Source of the DNA: a virus
Lineage: Duplodnaviria > Caudoviricetes
Reading direction: 5' to 3' (one strand)
DNA length: 64,000 bases
Virus record (IMG/VR): IMGVR_UViG_3300049456_000054
Coordinates: 2,053-66,052 of that record
Position numbers and translations under genes: made by a program. This document shows, piece by piece, positions 47,940 through 59,508 of the stretch; position 1 is the stretch's first letter, and every line of letters starts with the position of its first letter. Below the pieces are notes generated by a model. The model searched no databases. It was not told the origin of the DNA and saw nothing but the letters and a program-made list of their open reading frames with translations.

Positions 47940-49582
47940 GGAGCCGTCTCCCGGTGTCGTCAGTTAGGTGTGGTCAACCTATCGGACGTGGCAGGAGGCC
48001 GGGCGGTTTACAGGTGCCGCCATCAGGAGCTAGCGGGCACGTCCTCCCACGGGCCGTAGGTCACCGTGCGGCGGACGAGGGCACCGCCGATGCCTGCGCG
48101 ATCATGATGGGCAGCCAGCAACCGGGCAGTGTCCTCATCGTCGCATTCATGGACTCCGCCGCGACGGCCGGGCCAGCGCACGCCCCACTCGGTCGCCACG
48201 GACTCAGCCCGGCCCGTCACGATGTCCTCGGCCGCGTCCAGCTCGGCGGTCAGGTCAGTTCGGTCAGCCATCGATTTCCTCCGTCGTCTCCCCGCCGCCG
48301 ATGCCGAACTCGGCGAGCATCAGCGCACCCAGCCGCACCAGCCGAACGCCGTTCGCATCCGTGATCACCGGGTCATACCCCCGCCGCGCCAGCGCCAGCG
48401 CCGCATCAGCCACCAGCGCCACAGCGGCCTCCTCGCGGACCAAGCAGCCTCCCCCGAAGACGGCCCGCAGGCAGCGGCGAAGACACGCGCCAGGGCGGGA
48501 TGGTGACCGAAAGGCCGTGGTCATCCTATCGGGACGACTGGTCATCATTGCCCTCAGCAGCCTGCGTGCCGCGCAGTGGCAGGAACTCGTAGGCGGCCAT
48601 GCCGAGCTTGTATGCGAGCGCGGCCCGCGTGGTGCGCTCGTCCTCGGTCAGGGCACCATACTCCAGGCGGTTCAGTCCCGTCATGAGCATCTCTATCTCG
48701 GCGCGGCCGACGGATATCTCAGCCATCGCCGGGCACCTTCCCGGTCCGGGCGGCCGTCACCATCGCCAGCCACACCGCGTAGAAGTCGCTGCTCAGGAAC
48801 GGCACCCGGCACACGTCAGCGCCGCACGGACGGCCCGTCCACAGCCCGGCGGCCGTCGCGATCAGGAACCGCTCACCCTCAGACCAGGTGACGTCCTTCA
48901 GCGCGGCCGTCCAGTCGACGCCGCCACGGTCCGCGTACCGGGCGAACCTCGGATGCGCGCCCACCGGGGCGAAGCCGAGCAGGACCGCGACAGCAGCCGC
49001 CTCACCCCACGGGCCGACGGCCAGGGACCGGGCCAGGTCCTCGCGCAGGGCCTCAATGCCGGTGTCAGCCACCGCGGGCCTCACGTCCGGCCGCGTGCGC
49101 CCGGGTGACGAGGCCGACGACGACGGCGCAGATGCCGTCCTCCCAGTCGGCCAGCCACCGCAGGATCCGGGCGTCGTAGTCGCCGAGCTCCACGCCGGCC
49201 GCCTCGCACTCCACCTCGAGCATCAGGCGGCGCTGCCCCTCTGACAGGATCGACCACCCCGGCTCGGGCGGCCCGCCGAGGGCCTTCGCGGCGGCGCGGG
49301 CCTCCGCCTCGGTGCCGAACGGGCCGGCTGGGCTGGTGTCCACGGGTCACTCCTGTCCAGGGTCCGGGGTCACGGGCGGCGGGGCGTCCCGCTCGAGCGA
49401 GGCCAGGGCGATGTAGTCCTCGGCGAGCCGGAACGACGTCTCCATCGCCACGGCCTCCATCTCGGCGGCTGCGGCCAGGCGGTCCTCACGTGCCTCCCTG
49501 GCACGGCCCCGCATCGCGCCGTTGTCCCGCACGATCTTGGCCAGCTCGGCGGCGGCCAGCTCCCTGTAATCCGTCATGATGC

Positions 49583-50029
49583 TCAGCACTTCCCCTCATA
49601 GGACCGGATCTGATACGTCACCCATGGTGACCAGTTTGTCCCGTCGTGGCTGATCAGGACAGCCGCGCGGGCGTTGCCGTACGCGTTGTAGGTGGACAGC
49701 GAGCCGTGGACGCTGTTGATCTGCCAGTAGCCGCGATCTGTGGACCTGCCGCCATTGGTGTTGACGGCGTACTGGCGGCCGCTGGACTCGGCCATAGCGA
49801 TCTCGGCGGCCATGAAGGCCTCGGCGCGCGAGCCGCCCGCCTGCTCCCACAGCCGCTCCAGGCCAGCGCAGTCCAGCGTGCCGCCGCGGACGGCACCGCC
49901 ATGGGCAGCACCGCGGACCGCGTCCGTCGTCGCGGCGGGCGTCGCGGCGGCACCCATCTGGTAGGCGTGGAAGCCGGCGAGGGCGACAGTGATGACCGCG
50001 GCCCCCTTCAGCTTCCCCATCAGCGTCAT
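49583..50029 (-). CDS. lysozyme-like/lytic transglycosylase, exported
   Basis: IAMAESSG...DRGYWQIN...NARAA...WSPW; hydrophobic N-terminus. Confidence 0.8.
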   Translation of the reverse strand: MTLMGKLKGAAVITVALAGFHAYQMGAAATPAATTDAVRGAAHGGAVRGGTLDCAGLERLWEQAGGSRAEAFMAAEIAMAESSGRQYAVNTNGGRSTDRGYWQINSVHGSLSTYNAYGNARAAVLISHDGTNWSPWVTYQIRSYEGKC

Positions 50030-50658
50030 GACCGGCTACCTCCGGCCCGGCGAGCATGAGGCGTGCAGCTTCCCGGCGTCCTCGAGCACGTCGTCCGCGT
50101 CCGCCGACTGGGTACGCTCGCAGATCAGGCGGAGCGCCAGGCGGCGGGCCGCGTCCTCCGGGCCGGCCGCGTCCAGCAGCCAGTCCAGGAACTGCCGGGC
50201 CGGGGAGGGCTTGCGGCTGATCAGCTTCGCGGGGTAGCCGGCGCCGGTGCCGAAGACGTGGGCGGCGCAGGCCATCGCGGTGCACTGCGCGGCCAGCCCC
50301 CAGTCATCCGCGGGCAGCGCCGGGTCCAGGCCGTGCACGCCGGCCCACCACGGGACACCGCGCGGCAGGGCAGGCGGCGGGTTCGTCACGCGGGTCTCCT
50401 CGGGATCGGCGGGTGCGGTGAAGCGGTCAAGGAGCGACGTCACGGCCACTCCCCGGGGCGGACGGTCTGCGGGTTGATGGAGCAGGTCGTGAAGCCGTGC
50501 TTTTCCCGCAGGGCCTCTTCGACGGCGGTCAGGCAGTTGATGAGGCGGCGGCGCTCGGCCATCAGGTCATCGCGGTCGTCCTCGTCGATGTGCGGCCAGC
50601 GGGGGGCCGTGTCGCTCAATGGCATGTTCTTGTCACCTTTCGGGGGTTTAACAGGGGG

Positions 50659-52704
50659 CTAGCCGCCGCGCAGCAGCAGGACGGTCGCGTCCATGTCCTC
50701 GGGCCGGACCAGCACGTCGCGGGCCTTGGAGCCCTCCGACGGCCCCACGACGTCCCGGGACTCCAGCAGGTCCATCAGCCGGCCGGCCTTCGCGAAGCCG
50801 ACCCGCAGCTTGCGCTGCAGCATCGACGTCGACCCGAACTGGGTGGAGATGATCAGCTCGGCCGCCTGGATCAGCAGGTCCAGGTCATCGCCGATCTCCG
50901 CGTTGATCTCGCGGGCCGGGGCGGCGTCGGCGAACACGTCACTGCGGTAGTCCGGCTGCCCCTGCTCCCCGCAGCGAGCCACCACCTCGCGGATCTCGGC
51001 CTCCGACACGAACGCGCCCTGCAGCCGCACCGGGGACGACGCGCCCACCGGCAGGAACAGGGCGTCACCCTGCCCGGTCAGCTTCTCCGCCCCCGGCCGG
51101 TCCAGGATCACCCGCGAATCCGACAGCGACGACGTCGCGAACGCCAGCCGCGACGGCATGTTCGCCTTGATCAGGCCCGTCACCACGTCCACGCTCGGAT
51201 GCTGCGTGGCCAGCACCAGGTGAATGCCGGCCGCCCTCGCCAGCTGGGTGATGCGGACCACGGAGTCCTCCACGTCGCGGGGCGCGACCATCATCAGGTC
51301 CGCGAGCTCGTCCACGATCACCAGCAGGTACGGGTACGGCCGGTACGGCCGCTCGCTGCCCGGCGGCGGCTTGACCTTCCCGGCCCGGACGGCGGCGTTG
51401 AAGTCGTCGATGTGCCGGAACCCAGCCGAGGACAGGTCGTTGTAGCGGCGCTCCATCTCCCCCACCACCCAGCCGAGGGCCTCCGCGGCCTTCCTCGGGT
51501 CGGTGATCACCGGGGTCAGCAGGTGCGGGATGTCCTCGAAGATGGTCAGCTCGACCCGCTTCGGGTCGATCAGGATCATCCGCACGTCATCCGGGGTGGC
51601 GCCCCCGATGAGGACGGAGACGACTAGGCCGTTCAGGCACACCGACTTGCCCGCGCCGGTCGCCCCGGCGATCAGGATGTGGGGCATCTTCGCCAGGTTC
51701 GCGGTGATGACCCGGCCCTCCACGTCCTTGCCGAGCCCGACGGCGAGCGGGTGGTGCCCGGCCCGCATCTGCGGCGACGCCAGGATCGCGCCCAGGGTGA
51801 CGGTCTCCCGGTCCGCGTTCGGGATCTCCACGCCGATCGCGGACTTGCCGGGGACCGGGGACAGGATGCGGACATCAGCGGTCTTGACGGCGTAGGCGAT
51901 GTTCCTCGCCCGCGCGGTCACCGCCTCCACCTTCACCGCCGGGCCCAGGGTGATCTCATACCGGGTCACCTGCGGGCCGCGCGTGAAGGCGGTCACCTGC
52001 GCGTCGATGCCGAACGACTCGAGCACCCCGTTCAGGGCTGCCACGGTGGCGTCGTTGACCGGGGTCCGGGCGGCGGTCGCCGTGCCCGGCTGCAGCAGGG
52101 CGGCGGCGGGCGGGACGTAGGCGTCCTCGTCCAGGGCGGGCTGGCGGGCGGTGGCGGGAGTGCGGGCCGGCCCGGTCACGGCCGCGGCCAGGACGGTGGC
52201 GGCGGGCAGTTCAGGCGGGGGCTGCGGCGCGGCGGCAGGCGAAGGAGCCGGGCGCCGCAGCCTCGCCGCCTCGCAGGCGCCGGTAGCCGCCAGGAAACCG
52301 CCCGCGAGGAGCAGGATCGCCTTCAGCTGCCACCCGGGGCCGAGGAAGGCCGCGGCGAGAACCCAGGCCAGCGCGGCGACGCGGGACGTAACCACGAACG
52401 AGCGGTCCCGGCGGGCGCCCCAGTGCCTCAGCTTCCACGCCGCGCCGAACACGCCGGCCGTCAGGACCAGCTTCGCGGGGAAGACGACGGCGTGCGCGGC
52501 CGCGCCGTCCGCCCAGACGGCGGCCAGGGCCAGGAACGGGCCGACCGCCGGGCCGTGATGCTGCCACAGCAGGCGGGGTGCCCCCGGCCGGGCGGCGACG
52601 GCGGGCGCCTCCCGTGCCGGGGGCACGCTCTCGGCGGAGACGACGTGCCCGGTGAGCACGTCGTCCCCTTCCGGCTGCATGGTCAGCGTCACGGCCGGTT
52701 CCAT
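50659..52704 (-). CDS. FtsK/SpoIIIE (TraB-like) DNA translocase
   Basis: N-terminal TMs, [34 protein letters not shown]-terminal gamma domain [13 protein letters not shown]. Confidence 0.92.
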   Translation of the reverse strand: MEPAVTLTMQPEGDDVLTGHVVSAESVPPAREAPAVAARPGAPRLLWQHHGPAVGPFLALAAVWADGAAAHAVVFPAKLVLTAGVFGAAWKLRHWGARRDRSFVVTSRVAALAWVLAAAFLGPGWQLKAILLLAGGFLAATGACEAARLRRPAPSPAAAPQPPPELPAATVLAAAVTGPARTPATARQPALDEDAYVPPAAALLQPGTATAARTPVNDATVAALNGVLESFGIDAQVTAFTRGPQVTRYEITLGPAVKVEAVTARARNIAYAVKTADVRILSPVPGKSAIGVEIPNADRETVTLGAILASPQMRAGHHPLAVGLGKDVEGRVITANLAKMPHILIAGATGAGKSVCLNGLVVSVLIGGATPDDVRMILIDPKRVELTIFEDIPHLLTPVITDPRKAAEALGWVVGEMERRYNDLSSAGFRHIDDFNAAVRAGKVKPPPGSERPYRPYPYLLVIVDELADLMMVAPRDVEDSVVRITQLARAAGIHLVLATQHPSVDVVTGLIKANMPSRLAFATSSLSDSRVILDRPGAEKLTGQGDALFLPVGASSPVRLQGAFVSEAEIREVVARCGEQGQPDYRSDVFADAAPAREINAEIGDDLDLLIQAAELIISTQFGSTSMLQRKLRVGFAKAGRLMDLLESRDVVGPSEGSKARDVLVRPEDMDATVLLLRGG

Positions 52705-52706
52705 CC

Positions 52707-53177
52707 CTACTGGGTGATCCCGTTGACGGTCTGCGAGACGCCGTGCTGGACGGCGTGCGCGGCCGGGTGCCAGCTGGTGACCAGCGCGAAGATAAACGCC
52801 ATCGCGCCGACGGTGACGAAGATGGCCCGGTGGTGAGCGGCCTTCGGGTGCGCCGACTTCGGCTCGGCCGCCCCCGCCTTGTCCTGCGCGCCGCTCTTAC
52901 GGCGCGGCCTGCGGAGCGCGCCGTGATTCCGGACCACCACCACCACGAACAGGATCGCGAAGATCACCGCGCCGACGATGACGACCAGGAGCGGGAACCC
53001 CGACGACACGGGGTGATGCGCGAGCTTCGACAGCGGTGGGACGGCCACCACGAGCGCCGCCAGGGCGGCGGCCACCACGAGGCCGGTCGCCCGGGCCCAG
53101 CCGGTGAAGTGGTAGAGGCCGGCCGCGCAGGCCGCGACGAGGCCGGCGACGATCAGCGGATCCCACGCGATATGCAT
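52707..53177 (-). CDS. multi-pass membrane protein
   Basis: about four hydrophobic helices; AAGGA RBS. Confidence 0.65.
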   Translation of the reverse strand: MHIAWDPLIVAGLVAACAAGLYHFTGWARATGLVVAAALAALVVAVPPLSKLAHHPVSSGFPLLVVIVGAVIFAILFVVVVVRNHGALRRPRRKSGAQDKAGAAEPKSAHPKAAHHRAIFVTVGAMAFIFALVTSWHPAAHAVQHGVSQTVNGITQ

Positions 53178-53188
53178 GGCGGTTCCTT

Positions 53189-53668
53189 TCAGAGCAGGAC
53201 GATCAGGGCGATGGCGAGAACGGCGAGGCCGAGCATGGCGAGGGGATAAGGCGCGGCAGCACCTACCGCCTTGGCGGCGGCCATCAGCGGCCACGCGACA
53301 ATCAGCTGATAGGCAATCCCGGCGATGACGAAGAATGCGCGCCATTTCCCGGTCATTTCCTGCGGCACCCACGCGGCGGATTTCAGGTAGGCCATGTGCT
53401 CGGCCATCGAGCCGGGCTTCCCGTACCACAGCGAATGCAGCAGCCGGCCGGGGTCGAGCCACAAGCCCCGGACGTGGTGCCCGAGGGCAACCCCGACGCG
53501 GGAGGCGACGCTGAGCGGTACGGCCGCCGGTGCAGTGTCGGCCGACACTGAGGCCGGAAGCCGGGGCGACACAGCGTCGGGTCCCGCGTCGCCCTCAGTG
53601 TCGGGGGCGACGCCAGCGTCGCCCTGCGGCGGTCGCAGCCGTATCGTCGGCCTGGCCGGGTCGGTCAT
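53189..53668 (-). CDS. membrane protein
   Basis: two C-terminal TMs; GGAGG RBS. Confidence 0.6.
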   Translation of the reverse strand: MTDPARPTIRLRPPQGDAGVAPDTEGDAGPDAVSPRLPASVSADTAPAAVPLSVASRVGVALGHHVRGLWLDPGRLLHSLWYGKPGSMAEHMAYLKSAAWVPQEMTGKWRAFFVIAGIAYQLIVAWPLMAAAKAVGAAAPYPLAMLGLAVLAIALIVLL

Positions 53669-54156
53669 CGCATCCTCCTTCCGTCGCTTCATCAGGGCCG
53701 CCAGTCGCCGCCGGGCAGCAGCGAGACGGGCCGGTACTCGTCCTTCGGGGCGTGGTCATGGACCTGGCCCGCGAGCTCGGCGAGCAGGTGCGCGGCGTGA
53801 CGGCGGAACGCGTCCGCGTCCTGCTCGCGGCGCCTGCCCTGGATGTGCTTCACGCGGGCCCGGAAGTACTGGAATGCCAGGTAGAACGCCTGCTCGTGGT
53901 TGCCTGCCGCGATCTCCTGGTTGATCAGGTCGACATGCTCACGGCACGCCCTCGGCAGGACCGGCGCATCAGTCCGCACAGCCGGCCTCCTCGCGGGCAG
54001 GGGTAAAATCACGCGCGCGGGACTCGCGGGCGCGGGTCGCGCGAGGAGCCGCCCCTGCTGAAGAGGGGCGACCCCTCCCCCGGGGGAGGGGGACGACCGT
54101 GCGGGGCTCGTGGCGGCGGCCGGGAATCGCGGGAAATCCGGCCCTCATCCCGGCCA

Positions 54157-54945
54157 TCACCCGCCACCTCCCGGGGCGGTCACGGTGAGCTTCCGCCTGA
54201 GGGTCCTGCCGTAGCTCGGCTTGAAGCCGAGACGGCGGCCCAATTCGGAACCCGAGATGTCCGGCTCGGCGGCGAGGATGGCGAGCGCCTCGGCCTGGAC
54301 GTCGATGTCGTCGGTATTGCCGTCGGTGTCAGGCGGTGCAGCGTCGGGCTTGCGCCGGTCCGGCTTCGGCGTGGCAGCGTCGGCCTTGAGTCGCTCCACT
54401 TCCCCGGCCAGCGTCGCCTCGCGGTCGGCAGCGTCGGCCGACGCGCGGCGGGCAGTGTCGCGCTCCCCCCGCATGGCGTCACGCTCAGCCTCAGCGTCGA
54501 GCCGGGCGTCCCGCTCGGCCTGCGCCGCTGATTCCAGCGCGGCGGCCTCCGCCTTCACGTCCCTTTTCGCGGCGGTCATCAGGAAACGCGCCGCGAGGAT
54601 AGCGGCACCGTCGAGCAGCAGGCCGAAAAGCAGCGACGAATGCGGCGGGGCGGCACGCAATACCACCGCCCCCGTCGCAGCCGCTGAAAGGAACATCGCC
54701 CCGCCGATAATCAGGTAGGCGGCGGCAGGAGTCCATTTCGGGGCGCCCTCCCAGCCGGACACCACCTCGATGAGGAGCATCGAGATGCACAGCGGGACGA
54801 CACCGTAAAGGACGGCGAGCGGTGCGGGCATGTGGCCGAGCTCGACCGAGTGATAGACCTGGAACGACATGGTCGTCCCGGCCATGGAGACGAACACGGC
54901 CCACGCGCAGAAGCGGGCGCGGCCGTTCGCGGCCTGAACCGTCAT
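54157..54945 (-). CDS. Spd/DUF2637-like membrane protein with coiled coil and C-terminal HTH
   Basis: four TMs, coiled coil, PDISGSELGRRLG. Confidence 0.65.
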   Translation of the reverse strand: MTVQAANGRARFCAWAVFVSMAGTTMSFQVYHSVELGHMPAPLAVLYGVVPLCISMLLIEVVSGWEGAPKWTPAAAYLIIGGAMFLSAAATGAVVLRAAPPHSSLLFGLLLDGAAILAARFLMTAAKRDVKAEAAALESAAQAERDARLDAEAERDAMRGERDTARRASADAADREATLAGEVERLKADAATPKPDRRKPDAAPPDTDGNTDDIDVQAEALAILAAEPDISGSELGRRLGFKPSYGRTLRRKLTVTAPGGGG

Positions 54946-54964
54946 GATGTCCCTCGCTTCCTGA

Positions 54965-55252
54965 TCAGCTCAGCGAGCCGGCGGGCTCGGGCAGGTCGGC
55001 CGCCGCCTCGGGCAGCCGGACCGGGGCGGGGCGGGTCAGCCCCGGTACCCGGCGGGAGCGCAGGCTGTGGACCAGGCCGCAGCCGGAGAACACGGCCCCG
55101 GCGAGCAGGACAGCGGCGAGCGTGCCGCGGGCGCCCCCGATGGTGCCCGCGGCGTAGCGCTCGGCCGCGGCCAGCGCGACGAGGACGCCGACGCCCCCGG
55201 CGGCGAGGGCGAGCCTCGCCAGCGGGCGGCGGGCGTGGTTCGATGTGGTCAC
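54965..55252 (-). CDS. small membrane protein
   Basis: two hydrophobic segments. Confidence 0.55.
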   Translation of the reverse strand: MTTSNHARRPLARLALAAGGVGVLVALAAAERYAAGTIGGARGTLAAVLLAGAVFSGCGLVHSLRSRRVPGLTRPAPVRLPEAAADLPEPAGSLS

Positions 55253-55516
55253 GGCCTTCTCCTTCGAGCGGATGGGTCTGCGGGGGCCCGGCGTGGTTTC
55301 GGTGCCTAGCCGGGCTCTCGCGCTAGCTGGCCTTGACGACGGCGGTGACGACAGCGACGAGGACGAAGAGGATGGCGAGGCCCAGGACCACGCCGCCCTT
55401 GCTCCAGCTTTCCGTCGCGTACTGCCAGCCGTTCGGGCTGCCTGCGGCGATGAGGTGCGCGTGCATTTCGGTTCTCCTAGCGGGGATGTCCCGGCCGCCG
55501 GATGGCGGCGGGGGGT

Positions 55517-55966
55517 CTATGAGCCGCTGCCTTTCAGCAGCGGGCGGACGATGGCGAAGGCGACCAGCAGGGCGGCCACGACGATCACCGTCCACTCGGT
55601 CCCGGTCAGGTGATTCAGGAACGCGAGGGTGACGTGCGGCGCGGCGGCGTGCGGCGGGGCGGTCACCGTGACCGTGGGCGCCGGATGCGGGACCGGCGCG
55701 GCTGCCACCCCGGAGGCGGCGGCCCCGCGCTTCCACAGCAACCAGCCCCCGGCGGCAGCCGCAGAGGCCACCAGGAAGGCCGTCCCCCGGCCGGACGACT
55801 TCGGGGCCGGTGCGGGCGCGGCGGCCACGCCGACAGCCTTGGCCAGCCGGCCCACGGCCCGGACCAGGCCGGTGACCACGACCGCCACGGCGACCGCGGC
55901 GGCGATCAGGGCCAGGTTGTGCGGGGTCACCCAGCCGGGCAGCTGCCGGGCGTGCGCGGTGCTCAT
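55517..55966 (-). CDS. membrane protein
   Basis: three hydrophobic segments; GGAGG RBS. Confidence 0.55.
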   Translation of the reverse strand: MSTAHARQLPGWVTPHNLALIAAAVAVAVVVTGLVRAVGRLAKAVGVAAAPAPAPKSSGRGTAFLVASAAAAGGWLLWKRGAAASGVAAAPVPHPAPTVTVTAPPHAAAPHVTLAFLNHLTGTEWTVIVVAALLVAFAIVRPLLKGSGS

Positions 55967-56862
55967 GATTCCTCCGCGAACGGCTCGCCGTAGAAGCCGC
56001 TGGACTCGTCGGTGAAGTGGGACCGGTGGATGCGCGACCCGCCGGACGAGATGACCAGGGGGTCGCCGTCCGCCGGGAGGTGACCGCAGGCGCAGCAGCG
56101 ATCCCGCAGCCCGGCGGCGTCCCGGACCTGCTGCTGCTCGCTCAGCTGGAAGGCGGTCACGATGCCACTCCAGCCGGGACGCAGGGGATGACGGTGGCGG
56201 GCGTGAACGCGTCCGGTGCCGCGTCGAGCACGACGGCCATGTCCGCGGCGCTGACCGCACCGCGGCGGCGGGCCCGCGCCAGGCGCGCGAGATGTATTCC
56301 CGCGACGTCGCAGGGTTCGCCGGGCGCGGACCAGCAGACCTCGCACAGGTAGTCCAGGGCGTCAGCGGCGATGAGGTGCAGCGGGCGCCGCTCGGACGGC
56401 GGGACGGGGGTGCCGTGGTCGGCTACCGGGTCGCAGGCGTACAGGTGCACGGCGGTCACCGCTGCCCCCTCCTCAGCCACGCCAGGGCGGCCGAGCCGGC
56501 GACGAGGGCGGCCATGATGACGGTGACGCCGATCCAGCCCCGCCCCGGGTCGAGCGCGATCAGGGCGACGCCGGCGAACAGCGCCAGCCAGCAGGCGACC
56601 GCGACCGCGACCGCGACGACGGCGCGGCGGGTCACGCCGCCCACGGCTCCGGGGGCAGTCCGCGGCGGGCGGCCTCCTCCTCCAACAGCTCGGTAAACAG
56701 CGGGGTGATGCGCGGCCCGTCCATCCGGTCCGGGTCGCTGTCGGTGGCCTGTGCTAGCTTGGGCATCGGTCAGCCTTTCTTCGTGGGGACGGACAGGGCG
56801 AGCTGCGGCGGTCCGGCGTGCTAGCGCCGGGCTGCCTTTCACGTTCAGGGCGGGGCTGGCCA

Positions 56863-57093
56863 TCAGGCACCGTCCCCGGCCGCGAGGATTGCCTTGCCGT
56901 CGTCGGTGGCCGTGTAGGACGCCGGGCAGGTGCTCGCGTCCGCGACGGCGAGGCCCTTGGCGGCGAGCGCCCGCAGGTGATTGTGCACGTCGGTGCGGCC
57001 CATGCGCAGGCCCGCGGTGACGCCCAGTTCGGTGGCCGGCCCGGCGTGCGCCAGGTAGCGCAGCACGCGGGACTGAGCTAGGGGCAGGGTCAT
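56863..57093 (-). CDS. winged-helix DNA-binding protein
   Basis: VLRYLA...VHNHLRALAAKGL...YTATDDG. Confidence 0.65.
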   Translation of the reverse strand: MTLPLAQSRVLRYLAHAGPATELGVTAGLRMGRTDVHNHLRALAAKGLAVADASTCPASYTATDDGKAILAAGDGA

Positions 57094-57094
57094 C

Positions 57095-57361
57095 TCAGGC
57101 CGCCGCCCTCAACGCGCTGGCGAGCCCGAAGATCTCCGGGGCGTCGTAACGGCGGTGACCGCCGATCGTGCGCTGGACGCGGGTGATCTTGCCCTTGCGT
57201 GCCCAGACGCTGACCGTGCGGGGATGGACCTTGAGGATGGCGGCCGCCTCGGCGGGCAGCAGCCACGTTGCGGCGGGAGCCGGAGTGTCCAAGGTGTCCG
57301 TCCTCGCGTAGTCGTCCGGTTGGTCTGGTTCCACCGTAACCGGGGGGGTGACAACCGTCAA
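57095..57361 (-). CDS. BldC-like MerR-type HTH protein (start uncertain)
   Basis: LLPAEAAAILKVHPRTVSVWARKGKI..QRTIGGHRRY. Confidence 0.75.
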   Translation of the reverse strand: MTVVTPPVTVEPDQPDDYARTDTLDTPAPAATWLLPAEAAAILKVHPRTVSVWARKGKITRVQRTIGGHRRYDAPEIFGLASALRAAA

Positions 57362-57420
57362 CCCCCCGGTTACCCCTAGCCGTCGTCTAGGGGGTAGACG
57401 GCCCGTTTATGCTGGTGGGT

Positions 57421-57732
57421 GTGGGCAACCCCCCTGTTGACGGTGACGACGACTACACCCGCGCTGTAGAGGCATTCCGTGAGAGCTGGAAACGGCTGCT
57501 CAGCGCGCTGCACGTCACCTCCGACCCGCAGCGCCACTTCGACAGGGCCACCGAGGCGGGGCAGATGCTGGCGGAGTTCGCCATCGAGAACGCGGACGAG
57601 CGCGCCGCTGCCGCAGCCCGCATCAAGGACGCCGAGAGCCTGACCCTGACGGTCCTCGGTAAGCGGACCCGGATGACCAAGCAGGCCGCCGGCCGGCTCA
57701 TCGAGCGGTCGCGACGGCGGAAGGAGCAGTAA
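57421..57732 (+). CDS. hypothetical regulator
   Basis: TATGCT 7 nt before GTG; C-terminal HTH-like helices. Confidence 0.55.
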   Translation: MGNPPVDGDDDYTRAVEAFRESWKRLLSALHVTSDPQRHFDRATEAGQMLAEFAIENADERAAAAARIKDAESLTLTVLGKRTRMTKQAAGRLIERSRRRKEQ

Positions 57733-58250
57733 TGGCCGAGAACATGCCAGTCATCGTCGAGGGATGGGTCGTCGCGGCCGACCGCGCGGGACTGTGGCTC
57801 GTCAGCGGCGACGACGCCTGGCGCACCGCGCCGGTCCCCTCGGACTCCGGACCGCACTTCGAGCTGGAGCTTGAGCTGGGCCTGCACTACATCCACGATG
57901 ACCAGGTGCTGCTGATGCACTCGACGTCATGGCGCGCCGACGAGGCGTGCCTGATCGTGACCTACATGGTCGTGGTCGAGCCCGGGGATCTCGTCCGGGC
58001 GATCTGGCCGGACGCGCGGCCCATCACGGTCCAGGCGGCGGACGAGGTAGGCAAGCCGCGGACGCACGCGCCGGACGAGCCGCCGGAGCCGTCGGACTGG
58101 CACGTCCTGATGCACGGCCTGCGGCACCTGAAGTACCTGCTCGAGCACGACGCGACGAACGCCGCGGCGCTGGGCGGATTGTGGCGCGAGCACCTCGAGC
58201 CGTTCGAGCCCGCGCTGGCCGGCATGTACTCCGAACGGCACGTCGCTTGA
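57732..58250 (+). CDS. hypothetical protein (HSTSWR motif)
   Basis: TAATG coupled; globular composition. Confidence 0.6.
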   Translation: MAENMPVIVEGWVVAADRAGLWLVSGDDAWRTAPVPSDSGPHFELELELGLHYIHDDQVLLMHSTSWRADEACLIVTYMVVVEPGDLVRAIWPDARPITVQAADEVGKPRTHAPDEPPEPSDWHVLMHGLRHLKYLLEHDATNAAALGGLWREHLEPFEPALAGMYSERHVA

Positions 58251-58532
58251 GCAGCATGGCCAGCACCAGCGTTTACAGCTGCTACCACTGCGGCAAGATC
58301 TGCGGCGGCCGGACGCCGGGCGGGTACGGGGCGATCACCGGGACGGACGGCGCCATCCACGCCGCGTGCAGCCCGGACGACCCGACGGCGCGGCCCGACT
58401 GCTACCGGCGCGTGGCCCTGGGCGAGCAGCCGGGCGCGCTGCGCGGGGTCGATCCGCTACCTGCAGGGACTGACGACATCAGAGTCACAGCGTGACACAT
58501 CGGTAACGCCGTGTTAGTCTCGGCCTGTTCAG

Positions 58533-58605
58533 GCGCCAGTAGCTCAGCCGGACAGAGCGGCCGTGACGTAGCGGCAGGTCCGAGGTCCGAATCCTCGCTG
58601 GCGCG
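58533..58605 (+). tRNA. tRNA-like gene with aberrant anticodon loop
   Basis: acceptor GCGCCAG/CTGGCGC, D stem GCTC/GAGC, T stem CGAGG/CCTCG; 6-nt anticodon loop GACGTA, T loop TCCGAAT. Confidence 0.6.
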
Positions 58606-58657
58606 CCCTTATGTGGAGACCCTCGTCATCCGTCTCCATATGGCGTAGCGTGCCCAG

Positions 58658-58846
58658 ATGGAGGGGATCACCGCAGCACGCATAGCCCAGATCGCACGCA
58701 CCCACCCCGAGGCCGACATCTGCCTCGTCGAAGGCACCTGGCACGCGTGGAAGCCGGAGCCCGGCGACCCGTTCAGCGGCGAGATGACCCACGCCCGCAC
58801 CGAAGACGAGCTCCTGGCCAAGCTGGCCTGCGCGACCGGCGACTGA
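58658..58846 (+). CDS. small hypothetical protein
   Basis: TAGCGT 6 nt before ATG. Confidence 0.5.
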   Translation: MEGITAARIAQIARTHPEADICLVEGTWHAWKPEPGDPFSGEMTHARTEDELLAKLACATGD

Positions 58847-59508
58847 GAGGCAGCGGCGGGGAATCCCGATTCTCCACCCCGCATACCGGAATCGCTGATG
58901 AATGCCCTCAGCGCGGGATCTCGCGATACGTCCGGCGTCCTGCTTTTGTTGATCGTCCTGTTGAACGACGCTGCCCTGAGCCTAGGAATCTCAGCCCTCG
59001 GCACCAGCTTAACGCGCGGTCAGGTGACCGCGCGCAGGTGACCGCCGCGGGGACGCGGCACCGCCGCCCGGTCCTCGGCCACCGCCCGGTCCCGCTCCGC
59101 CTCGATCACCGCCTCGCCGACGTCGAGGCGCCGCGCCATCGCGCCCAGGTCCTGCAGGACGCTGATGGCCATCGCGCCCATCACCGCCGGGGCGCTTGCG
59201 TCATCACCCCCGGCGGCCAGGTAGGCGGCCACCGCCGTGGCGCAGGCCTGCGCGGACACCATCATCTGCCGCCGGACATCACCCCAGCCGGGTGCCGCGG
59301 GCCCCGCTGCGCTTCTCCGCGCAGGATCGGCCATCGTCTCGTCCCTCCCTGACCCTGCCCGCCCGGGTGAGCCTCCGGTGCCGTCCTGTGCTCGCGGGCG
59401 GGCGTACTGCGTCGTGACGCCAAAATCACATCACAAGCGACAGCGCGCGATTGCGCAAGCGGTACGGGCGATGTATGCGATAACCATTACGGACGTCACG
59501 GACAGTAG

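Noticed and set aside
50659-52704. Host chromosomal ftsK marking a prophage boundary
   Set aside because: Flanked on both sides by phage-like small genes, with no housekeeping neighbours
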